Shown here piece after piece: positions 8,985 through 16,544 of a stretch of DNA of 32,547 nt. The translations under genes were made by a program, and so were the position numbers. Source of the stretch: Fidelibacterota bacterium (GTDB lineage: Bacteria > Fidelibacterota > Marinisomatia > Marinisomatales > UBA1611); assembly GCA_038365355.1 (NCBI GenBank), contig JAYPLH010000001.1, positions 1 to 32,547 of the forward strand, in the 5' to 3' direction. Numbering within the stretch: position 1 is the first letter of the stretch; every line of letters begins with the position of its first letter. A model generated the notes under the pieces. The model searched no databases and had not been told where the DNA came from. It saw nothing but the letters and a program-made list of their open reading frames with translations.

Positions 8985-11653
8985 TAAAAATTAATTCCTA
9001 GAGCTAGCTTTAATGATCTAGGAGATGAAAACATCGAAGGATTTTTAATGCGATCTTCAAATTCATTGAAGTCGCTTCTGTGCCCTGCATAGTCGGTTTC
9101 TCGAATAACTGCAGTATATGCTCGACCTGTTTCGCTATCCACCCCGTTCTCATTTAATCTATCTAATAAGTTGTAAATAGTTAAATCTAATTTTGCAGAA
9201 AACCTATCAAATAATTTAAAATTATAATAAAGAGCTGCATCAACTGTGTATGTCGATGGTTTATAATCATTGTTTGGATATAAATTAATTCTAGACAGGA
9301 CACTTTCACTTTGAGGTGAAAAAGTATAAGGAGAACCTGAATTATAATAAGCTGTTACGGTTCCTCCATATTTAGGTCCAAGCATCATCAGAGTCCCGTT
9401 AAGCGTATGCCTTTGATCCCAGCTCATAGGTATAAAACGATTCACTGGATCCATATTATTACCTGCTCTATCAAATGTCTGAGTTGGATTATCTGCATTG
9501 CCTCTTGTGTACTGCAATGTATAGTTCAGCATTCCTTTTAAGGATCCATATCCTAAATCTGCAGTAACCTCTAACCCTCGAACGTTGCCATAATCTTTAT
9601 TACTATACAAACCATATTCAATCTGGTTGTAGGTTGAAATGATTTTCGTGCTCAACAAATTATAGATATCTCGATAAAATAAAGCTACATCTAAATTCAC
9701 ACCTCGAGTTAATTCTTGCCATAAACCTATTTCATATGTAATGGTTTTCTCAGGTTCAAGAAGAACACTTCCCATCGTAGTTGAATAATCACTTGGGCCT
9801 ATGAGAAAGCTTTTATTTTGATACATTGAGTATAAAGGGGGCATTTGGAAAAAATGGCCATAACTAAAGTGGAGCACGGCTTGACCACCAAGTTGATATG
9901 CAAATCCCACTCTAGGACTTAATTGATCAATTACAGGTGCGTCTATTTGAGTAGACATCATGGAATCCGGCAATACCAGTTGGTTAGCTGGATTTCTACG
10001 ATCAGAGGGATAATAACTAGCTGGATCAAAATAATCATATCGTATACCAAAATTAATCACCATATTCTCGAATTCCATTTTATCCTGGATATATGCTGCT
10101 GCTTCTTTGGGCTTTACTTCAAAAATATCAGCATATACTGTTGAGTCACCAAAAACTTCAGGCTCATAAATACTTAAATCAGATTGCCCATCATATTTAT
10201 TTCTAATCATTTGCCATTTATGCTTCACATCATGAGAAATTCCCATTAATCCCAATTTAAAACTGTGATTATGATTGGCCTGCCAAGTAACATCAAACTT
10301 TATAGTTTGGTCTAAATCTCTATGCTTTGTATGTTCTTTTTGTTGGCCTCCTGTAAAAAATCCAGAGCCATAACTTTCTAAATATTTATCATGTACATAT
10401 CTTGTATCTAGAGAATCTTCATAAAGATAAGTTCCTGTCTTGTTTTTCATGTAAGCTATTTTCAGCTCATAAAAAAACTTTGGAGTTATCATGTGATTTA
10501 CTTGAAACGCTGAGTAAAAAGTATTCTTGTGGCTTCCTACTCTACCATCGGGGTTATACTTCATAGAGTGATCATACCAATACCAAGTATCATCGCTGTA
10601 GGAATTTAGAAGTGAAAAACGTACTCCTTTGATAAAATTAAACCCAATTTTTAATAGTGCAGATGTATTATCACCCGTATTCATAGGTACGTAGGATCGG
10701 TCTCCAGATTTAGATGAATTCCATTCCAAAGGATTATCGGAATAGAAATCACTGCTATCTGTAACCGTGAAAAGGCGATAACCATTCAGGTGGCCTCTAT
10801 TATTTTGCTTTCGAAAATTTGTGAAGAAGGTAACTTTATCTCCTATAACAGGACCACCAAGACTAAATTTCAAATCTTCACTTCGATTGAGGCTAGGAGA
10901 TAATCCAATAAATACATCATCACCATTACTATCAGTACTATTCGTAAAAAAAGATGATGATGCTCCAGATATTGAACCTTCAAATTTAGGACCTCCATCA
11001 CGGGTGACCATGTTTACTACTCCACTCATAGCTCGTCCATATTCAGCATTAAACGTACCTGTAATCACCTCCAAATCTTGAACGGCCTCAGGCTGTACAT
11101 CAACCGCTGCACTCCCACCACCATAAGATTCATCTACCTGTACTCCATCTATCATATAAGTAACTTCTGTATTTCTTCCTCCACGAAAATGGCCATTTAC
11201 CACTCCTGCCTGCATATTAATTACATTCCCAATATTTTCTACAGGTAGAGCATCTATTTCCTCACTTGAGATATTTTTAATGGTGCCGGTCTGATCTTTT
11301 TTTTGAGTTAACCTAGATACTTCAACGGTAACAACCTCGCCTTCAATCACAGTAGACTCCATTTCAATATCAAGAGATGTTGTCCTGTTTACGGAAACTA
11401 TAAGCTCGTCTAATTGAACTGATTTATATCCTATCATGTCTACTTTCAAAGTGTATTTACCTGGAGGAATATTTATAATAGTAAATCTTCCTTCTCCATC
11501 AGAAGCAGTACCATAGGCAGAATTAATTATGTAAATATTCGCACCTGGAAGGGCGTCTTTTTTATCTTTGTCCACTACAACACCAGAAATTTTTCCAGTA
11601 GTTTGAGCGAATAAAAATGAAAGTAAGAAAAGTAAGCCTAAGATTTTTTTCAT
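8984..11653 (-). CDS. TonB-dependent outer-membrane receptor with N-terminal carboxypeptidase-regulatory-like domain (no adjacent SusD)
   Basis: 889-aa ORF with signal peptide MKKILGLLFLLSFLFAQ. It has a CarboxypepD_reg-like segment (GKISGVVVDKDKKDALPGANIYII...GRFTIINIPPGKYTLKVDMIGYKS). A TonB-box-like EVVTVEV is followed by a plug (EEIDALPVENIGNVINMQAGV...FRGGRNTEVTYMIDGVQV). A long beta-barrel ends in the terminal Phe of LALGINF. Confidence 0.9.
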   Translation of the reverse strand: MKKILGLLFLLSFLFAQTTGKISGVVVDKDKKDALPGANIYIINSAYGTASDGEGRFTIINIPPGKYTLKVDMIGYKSVQLDELIVSVNRTTSLDIEMESTVIEGEVVTVEVSRLTQKKDQTGTIKNISSEEIDALPVENIGNVINMQAGVVNGHFRGGRNTEVTYMIDGVQVDESYGGGSAAVDVQPEAVQDLEVITGTFNAEYGRAMSGVVNMVTRDGGPKFEGSISGASSSFFTNSTDSNGDDVFIGLSPSLNRSEDLKFSLGGPVIGDKVTFFTNFRKQNNRGHLNGYRLFTVTDSSDFYSDNPLEWNSSKSGDRSYVPMNTGDNTSALLKIGFNFIKGVRFSLLNSYSDDTWYWYDHSMKYNPDGRVGSHKNTFYSAFQVNHMITPKFFYELKIAYMKNKTGTYLYEDSLDTRYVHDKYLESYGSGFFTGGQQKEHTKHRDLDQTIKFDVTWQANHNHSFKLGLMGISHDVKHKWQMIRNKYDGQSDLSIYEPEVFGDSTVYADIFEVKPKEAAAYIQDKMEFENMVINFGIRYDYFDPASYYPSDRRNPANQLVLPDSMMSTQIDAPVIDQLSPRVGFAYQLGGQAVLHFSYGHFFQMPPLYSMYQNKSFLIGPSDYSTTMGSVLLEPEKTITYEIGLWQELTRGVNLDVALFYRDIYNLLSTKIISTYNQIEYGLYSNKDYGNVRGLEVTADLGYGSLKGMLNYTLQYTRGNADNPTQTFDRAGNNMDPVNRFIPMSWDQRHTLNGTLMMLGPKYGGTVTAYYNSGSPYTFSPQSESVLSRINLYPNNDYKPSTYTVDAALYYNFKLFDRFSAKLDLTIYNLLDRLNENGVDSETGRAYTAVIRETDYAGHRSDFNEFEDRIKNPSMFSSPRSLKLALGINF

Positions 11654-11716
11654 TATATAATTTATATTATAGAATTAAGCTTTAAAGATAAAGAAATAAT
11701 TGAATATGTTGGATAT

Positions 11717-11752
11717 AAAAAAGGATGGGCAGTTTAAACTGCCCATCCTTTT
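11717..11752 (-). terminator. Rho-independent terminator of the 1176-aa gene
   Basis: On the minus strand the sequence is AAAAGGATGGGCAG-TTTAAA-CTGCCCATCC-TTTTTT. The stem is a perfect 10 bp (11723-11732 pairing with 11739-11748) with a 6-nt loop and a T6 tail. It begins 12 nt after the TAA stop at 11764-11766. Confidence 0.75.
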
Positions 11753-11763
11753 AGCAATCTTAT

Positions 11764-14700
11764 TTACTTCATCAATAACATTTTCTGGGTGAGACTTTTG
11801 TTACCTGAAGTGAGTTTATAAATGTATACACCGGATGCAATGTCACCTGCGTACCATTTAGCAGTGTGATAACCCGCTGGTAATTCTCTATCTACCAGGG
11901 TCATAACCTGCTGACCTAACATATTGTAAACAGATAAGTTTACTAACTGAGATTCAGGTAGTGAAAACTTAATCGTTGTCTGCGGATTAAACGGGTTCGG
12001 ATAGTTTTGATGAAGAGCAAATTCATTTACAACAATATCTTCATCAGTACTTACCATCGTAGCTTGATCACCAATCCACGTGTTGGACCAAACCTCACAT
12101 GTTTGGTGCGCCATGTCATCATTGGTCGCTGAAAGTACTAACTGACCTTCCCATCCATCTCCATCATTATCATGAATCATGGGCTCAAAAGGAGTCCTCA
12201 TCCCGTTTGCCGGATTTAATCTAACATCATCATCAATTAAAATATCATCAAGAGAAATTCTAAATTCAAAAACATAGTCAGGGTTAAATACTTCATGGAA
12301 ATAATTTCCATCTGCATGTTCAGCTAGCATACCTGCACCATTATCTGAGTAGGCACCATCTGGAAGAAAATACATTTTATAGTCAGGCTCTTCGCCTCTC
12401 TGCATACCTACATGCTTTGCACCTCTTTGATCATATAGCCCTAAACATACTTGTACAACATCCGAGGTCCACCAACCTCCAGACTGATCATTATTCACAA
12501 CATTATCTAGAACCTCAGCAGCTATGTATAAGTAATCATTATCAACTGCGACATAAAATGTACCATGCAAGTCGTTGTCATCATCAACGGTACCCATACC
12601 AACATTTGGTGTTCCATATGAATTTTCTGTTGCACCAATCATGAAAGGTTCAATACCACTATCATACCATTCTGTTAAATCTCCATCTGCAGCAAATGCT
12701 GTTGGAGGATTTAAAGAGATTGTTGGGACACCTTTCGCTCCATTTGTAATAGAACTTTCAGATGCTCCCGCAGGACCTACATTATTAGAAGCGTCTTTAC
12801 AAGCAACTGCATAATAATAGGTTACATCTGTATCTTCAAGTGGGTGGAATAAGTAGTGTACAGCTGCCTGACTTCCTTCTAACACATTTGTAGCAACGAC
12901 ATCAACCGACGGATCAGTGACATCTGTGATTGGTGAGGTACTTGCATACACATGATATGTTTCACCTTCTTCCCCTGCAATGTCAGACCAAGTTACTAAA
13001 TTATAATAAGAAGCAGGGACCGCTCCGATGTCCTCCACCGCAACTGGAGGGATTACATCTAAAACTCCCATACTCATTAAAAACATATTATCGAAAGCAT
13101 AATCAACTTCAACGCCATCCCATCTTGAAGCAACAACTACAGCTGTAACTGTTTCAACCCCTTCTGGCATAACGAATTCTATGGAGTGCTCTTCCCATTC
13201 AGTTGTCAATGGTAGAAACACATCACCAGAAGTACCAAGAATATTGCCAGCTGCATCTTTTCCTTCTAGTTTAAAAGCAGCACCAGCGCCCTCGACATTA
13301 TCTCCAAGTACTTGTTTCCCAAAACCACTTAGACGCCATGTCTCACCAAACTGAGCAGGTATTGTGTCTTCAGTGTAAAATACTGCCCAATTATCGGTTA
13401 CGCCAATACTGAGATAGTTATCACCACTATAAGCCATTGCAGGATCTGTAACTACCTCGGCATGGCCTCCGCCAATAGCTGAACCCCAGCCCATTCCATC
13501 ATCTTGTACATCTGGCAATTCGAATCCTGGATTTGTAAGCTGATTCAAAGAACCTGTAAGTGTAAAATTATCCAGGATAATTGTACCCGTTACATAATCA
13601 CCTTCTCCTCCACCACTTACAGAAAATTCAAAATGAAAACCTCCAATAGCGTGTTTATCAAGCTCTCCATTTCCAGTCGTGCCTGCCCAACCAGTTAAGT
13701 TAAATCCATTCCCATTCCAATCATCATTTCTAACTAGTGGAAGAGTAACAGTATTCCAACCAGGCTCACTGTCTAAAAGATAATGAAAAGAGTAATAGTA
13801 CTCTCCTAAATCTGTGTAATTAGAAGGATCAGCTATATCTCCATAGTCACTAAGGTTAAGTCTTAAATGTACACGACCCGGAGCAGCATCTCCGCAATTA
13901 CCATTGTTATCACATTGAGCAACTGTATTATTGTAAGAAAAAGACAGGCTGTCATAACCAGACCAATCCCATGGTCCTTCACCATCGCGAGGTCTCATTT
14001 CTAATAATGAAAAGTAATTATCATTATTTTGACCGATAGCAGCAAGGGCGGTTTGAGAGCTAACCAATTTAAATGTCCAAAAAACGCCTGTTCCACATTC
14101 AATAACTAATGTCATCATATCTCCATCCATGGTAGCAGAATAGGTTACAGACTCAGGGACATCAACATTTGGCAATTCTCCAGCATTTACTGCCTTTGGA
14201 AGGCCCATATAAGCTCCAACTCCAGTTAAGGTGATATGACCGGTAGCGGCATCGTACTCCCATGTCGCAGCATTCGAACCGTCATGAGGAGCAACGGGCG
14301 CACCACACTGATCTGCATCCACACCTTGCCATGCTTCTAACCAGGTCTCATCGCCTAACACATTTTGGAATGAGCCATCTGCATTTAAAACATACTGATC
14401 ATCGAAAAAACAAGCTCTTGTTGTAACATCGTCAGCAGAGCTTGACCACCACTCACCACTTCCTGCTGAAGGACCAACCTGCAAAGCTCCTGCTTCTGGG
14501 GCTAACATCCAGGTACCAGAAAGAGGAGTGTCTTGAGCTTGAGCAACTAGCTTGTAAGTCCAAAAGACTCCTGTGCCTGCTTCAATCACTACAGTCATCA
14601 TATCTTCTTCCATAGTAACATTATAAGTAACAGATTCAGGAACATCTACATTCGGTAATTCTCCAGCGTTCACTGCCTTTGGAAGTCCTAAATATGCACC

Positions 14701-15294
14701 TAAACCAGTTAATGTAACCTCGCCAGTTGCCTCATCATATTCCCATGTTGCAGGATTAGAACCATCATGAGGAGCAACAGGCGCACCACACTGATCTGCA
14801 TCCACACCTTGCCAGCCTTCTAACCAAGTTTCATCACCTAATACATTTTGGAAAGAACCATCTGCATTAAAAACATAATGGTCATCAAAATAACATGCTC
14901 TGGTAGTAACATCATCCTCAGAGCTAGACCACCACTCACCGCTTCCAGCTTCAGGGCCAACCTGTAAAGCACCTGCTACAGGCGCTAGCATCCACGTTCC
15001 TTCTACAGGGGATCCAGTATCACCACCAAAAGGGTTTGCATAGTGGTAAATTTTTGTGTAACCACCCCAGCCTTCGCTATTATGCACACTGTAGTCAATT
15101 TGTAAGGCTCCTGGACTATCATGCCCCGGAGAGACAGTGCTTAATGTGGTATTACTAAGTGCTGGATCAGCATTATCAGAGTTTTCTACACCAAAATAGG
15201 TTGGATCTAACTCTGTATCAAAATCATTGATCATCTGCCCAAAAGACAGTACTGGCATTAAAACAAATAAAAAAGTTGTTATCCATTTACTCAT
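11764..15294 (-). CDS. Large acidic T9SS-secreted multi-module glycan-binding-type protein (tandem ~152-aa modules, CBM4/9-like, FN3-like, CBM9-like, T9SS CTD)
   Basis: 1176-aa ORF with signal peptide MSKWITTFLFVLMPVLSFGQ. It has two near-identical W/C-rich modules (GTWMLAP.AGALQVGP..GSGEWWSSS..DVTTRAC.FDD...). It has a jelly-roll-like segment (DWSGYDSLSFSY...GFHFEFS...IILDNFTLTG) and a CBM4/9-like segment (LTNPGFELP...YSGDNYLSI). It has an FN3-like segment (YNLVTWSD...YHVYAS...YYYAVACKD) and a CBM9-like segment (FAADGDLTEW...LHGTFYVAVDNDYLYIAAEV). The canonical type-A CTD is NYPNPFNPQTTIKFSLPE...SGVYIYKL...MLLMK. No catalytic motif was seen. Confidence 0.8.
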   Translation of the reverse strand: MSKWITTFLFVLMPVLSFGQMINDFDTELDPTYFGVENSDNADPALSNTTLSTVSPGHDSPGALQIDYSVHNSEGWGGYTKIYHYANPFGGDTGSPVEGTWMLAPVAGALQVGPEAGSGEWWSSSEDDVTTRACYFDDHYVFNADGSFQNVLGDETWLEGWQGVDADQCGAPVAPHDGSNPATWEYDEATGEVTLTGLGAYLGLPKAVNAGELPNVDVPESVTYNVTMEEDMMTVVIEAGTGVFWTYKLVAQAQDTPLSGTWMLAPEAGALQVGPSAGSGEWWSSSADDVTTRACFFDDQYVLNADGSFQNVLGDETWLEAWQGVDADQCGAPVAPHDGSNAATWEYDAATGHITLTGVGAYMGLPKAVNAGELPNVDVPESVTYSATMDGDMMTLVIECGTGVFWTFKLVSSQTALAAIGQNNDNYFSLLEMRPRDGEGPWDWSGYDSLSFSYNNTVAQCDNNGNCGDAAPGRVHLRLNLSDYGDIADPSNYTDLGEYYYSFHYLLDSEPGWNTVTLPLVRNDDWNGNGFNLTGWAGTTGNGELDKHAIGGFHFEFSVSGGGEGDYVTGTIILDNFTLTGSLNQLTNPGFELPDVQDDGMGWGSAIGGGHAEVVTDPAMAYSGDNYLSIGVTDNWAVFYTEDTIPAQFGETWRLSGFGKQVLGDNVEGAGAAFKLEGKDAAGNILGTSGDVFLPLTTEWEEHSIEFVMPEGVETVTAVVVASRWDGVEVDYAFDNMFLMSMGVLDVIPPVAVEDIGAVPASYYNLVTWSDIAGEEGETYHVYASTSPITDVTDPSVDVVATNVLEGSQAAVHYLFHPLEDTDVTYYYAVACKDASNNVGPAGASESSITNGAKGVPTISLNPPTAFAADGDLTEWYDSGIEPFMIGATENSYGTPNVGMGTVDDDNDLHGTFYVAVDNDYLYIAAEVLDNVVNNDQSGGWWTSDVVQVCLGLYDQRGAKHVGMQRGEEPDYKMYFLPDGAYSDNGAGMLAEHADGNYFHEVFNPDYVFEFRISLDDILIDDDVRLNPANGMRTPFEPMIHDNDGDGWEGQLVLSATNDDMAHQTCEVWSNTWIGDQATMVSTDEDIVVNEFALHQNYPNPFNPQTTIKFSLPESQLVNLSVYNMLGQQVMTLVDRELPAGYHTAKWYAGDIASGVYIYKLTSGNKSLTQKMLLMK
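14062..15000 (-). repeat. In-frame tandem duplication of a ~152-aa module (period 483 nt) inside the 1176-aa gene
   Basis: Unit 1 is aa 99-250 (nt 15000-14545). Unit 2 is aa 260-411 (nt 14517-14062). My hand alignment gives about 20 substitutions in 152 residues. Long shared DNA runs include ggcgcaccacactgatctgcatccacaccttgcca, present in both copies (near 14292 and 14772). Confidence 0.9.
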
Positions 15295-15533
15295 TATAAT
15301 TGCTCCTTTAAATTAATTTTTAAGACTTAACTTAAGTTTATGAAAAAATCATAAAGTAACATATGATTAGAATCACATACAGTTCTTCCAACCATTAAAA
15401 GATAATCTATTATGCCAAAAAAATGCAATCTTTTTTCAAAAAATTTTCAAAATGGTGAAAAAAATTTGCAATACACGTAATTATTTGATACTTTTTTTCA
15501 TTATATACATACAATAAATAACTAAAAGAATTA
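15295..15533. promoter_or_regulatory. Divergent intergenic control region between the 1176-aa gene and the LacI-led operon
   Basis: This 239-bp non-coding gap lies between divergent starts. It contains a possible sigma70-like TTGATA (15485-15490), a 19-nt spacer and TACAAT (15510-15515), ahead of the GTG start at 15534. It also has TGCAAT twice (15424-15429, 15467-15472) and TTTTCAAAA twice with 11-bp period (15433-15441, 15444-15452). All of this is weak evidence in AT-rich DNA. Confidence 0.35.
15303..15308 (-). promoter_or_regulatory. Canonical Shine-Dalgarno (AAGGAG) of the 1176-aa gene
   Basis: The plus strand reads ctcctt at 15303-15308, which is AAGGAG on the minus strand. It lies 8 nt upstream of the ATG at 15294. 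Most other genes in the window lack a comparable SD. Confidence 0.6.
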
Positions 15534-16523
15534 GTGCGTACAACATTAAAACAAGTAGCAGACGATACTGGATTATCCATTGCCACAGTTTCTAGGGCTC
15601 TACGCCGAGATAAGAGAAGATATTCCAAAAATGAAGAGAAAATCTATGCTTCAGCTAGGAAATTAGGATATCCTTTTATTGGAGAACTGAACAATGAAGA
15701 GCAATTAACAATCGCTCTTGTCACAGAAGTACATCAGGGTGAGTTTTACTCGTCTTTATTTAACGGCTTTTACAATTCAAGTAAAAACTCTGAGTCCGAT
15801 ATTGTTTTTGTAAATCTTGCAAAACATAGCGATGATCCTGTTCAGCATATTATAAATCTCAGTAAAAAATACAGTGGAATATGTCTTTTCTTACCTAATT
15901 TAGAAAAAATTGACTACAAACGAATACGGCAAGGAGTTGGGAAATATCCAATTATTTCTCTTACGCCAATGAAAAACCCTACTATTGATACGGTCTCATT
16001 TGACTCTTACAGCGGTGGATATATGATTGCAAAACACTTTGAAGAGCAAGGATATAAAAATTTTGGTATTGTTTCCGGTCCTGGAGATGCTGTAGATGCA
16101 GTTTTCCGTAAGAATGGTTTCGTAGACCACATCAGTGAAAAAGAAGATTTAAAACTTGTCTGGGAATATAAGGGTGATTTTAGCAGTGAATCTGGAAGAG
16201 ATGCCTTTAATGACTATAAAAAGAAAAACATTCCTAACATGGCAATTTTTGGATGCAATGACCACACTTGTTTTGGCTTTATGAAGGGAGCCTTAGAAGC
16301 AGGTTACAAAATTCCTAAAGATTTTATAATTGCTGGTTACGATAATCTATCCTTTTGTGACAATTTTACTCCAGAGCTGACTTCCGTTGCAACCAACTTT
16401 GACATCCTAGGGAAAAGAGCAATCCGAACGATTGAAAACATGGTAAACGATAGTAATGAAATAATTCGACAATTTTCAATGGTCCCTGTTGAAATAGTTA
16501 TCAGATCCAGCACACAGAACTAG
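15534..16523 (+). CDS. LacI-family transcriptional regulator
   Basis: 329-aa ORF with a GTG start. The N-terminal HTH is TLKQVADDTGLSIATVSRALRR. The periplasmic-binding-protein-like sugar-sensor core includes GYKNFGIVSGP, AIFGCNDHTCFG and IIAGYDN. Confidence 0.9.
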   Translation: MRTTLKQVADDTGLSIATVSRALRRDKRRYSKNEEKIYASARKLGYPFIGELNNEEQLTIALVTEVHQGEFYSSLFNGFYNSSKNSESDIVFVNLAKHSDDPVQHIINLSKKYSGICLFLPNLEKIDYKRIRQGVGKYPIISLTPMKNPTIDTVSFDSYSGGYMIAKHFEEQGYKNFGIVSGPGDAVDAVFRKNGFVDHISEKEDLKLVWEYKGDFSSESGRDAFNDYKKKNIPNMAIFGCNDHTCFGFMKGALEAGYKIPKDFIIAGYDNLSFCDNFTPELTSVATNFDILGKRAIRTIENMVNDSNEIIRQFSMVPVEIVIRSSTQN

Positions 16524-16544
16524 CGTATAAATATTTAAATTACT

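Noticed and set aside
11654-11716. Sigma70-like promoter upstream of the TonB receptor gene (TATAAT on the minus strand at 11666-11671).
   Set aside because: There is no acceptable -35 at 16-19 nt spacing. The hexamer sits only 12 nt from the ATG, and TATAAT-like strings are frequent in this AT-rich spacer.
11764-15294. Interpretation of the GC-richer 1176-aa gene as a horizontally acquired island.
   Set aside because: There are no flanking mobility genes or repeats. Its T9SS CTD is of the same PNPFNP type as the neighbouring genes. Its strong SD and private terminator fit expression-linked bias at least as well. It is kept only as an alternative in the findings.
15364-15375. Palindrome TGATT-AG-AATCA as a possible LacI operator.
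   Set aside because: It has only 5-bp arms in AT-rich DNA and no CG-centred core typical of LacI-family operators. It is expected by chance.
15410-15628. 72-aa minus-strand ORF spanning the divergent intergenic region and the start of the LacI gene.
   Set aside because: It overlaps the well-supported HTH-coding start of the regulator. It has no recognisable motif and no start context, so it is likely spurious.
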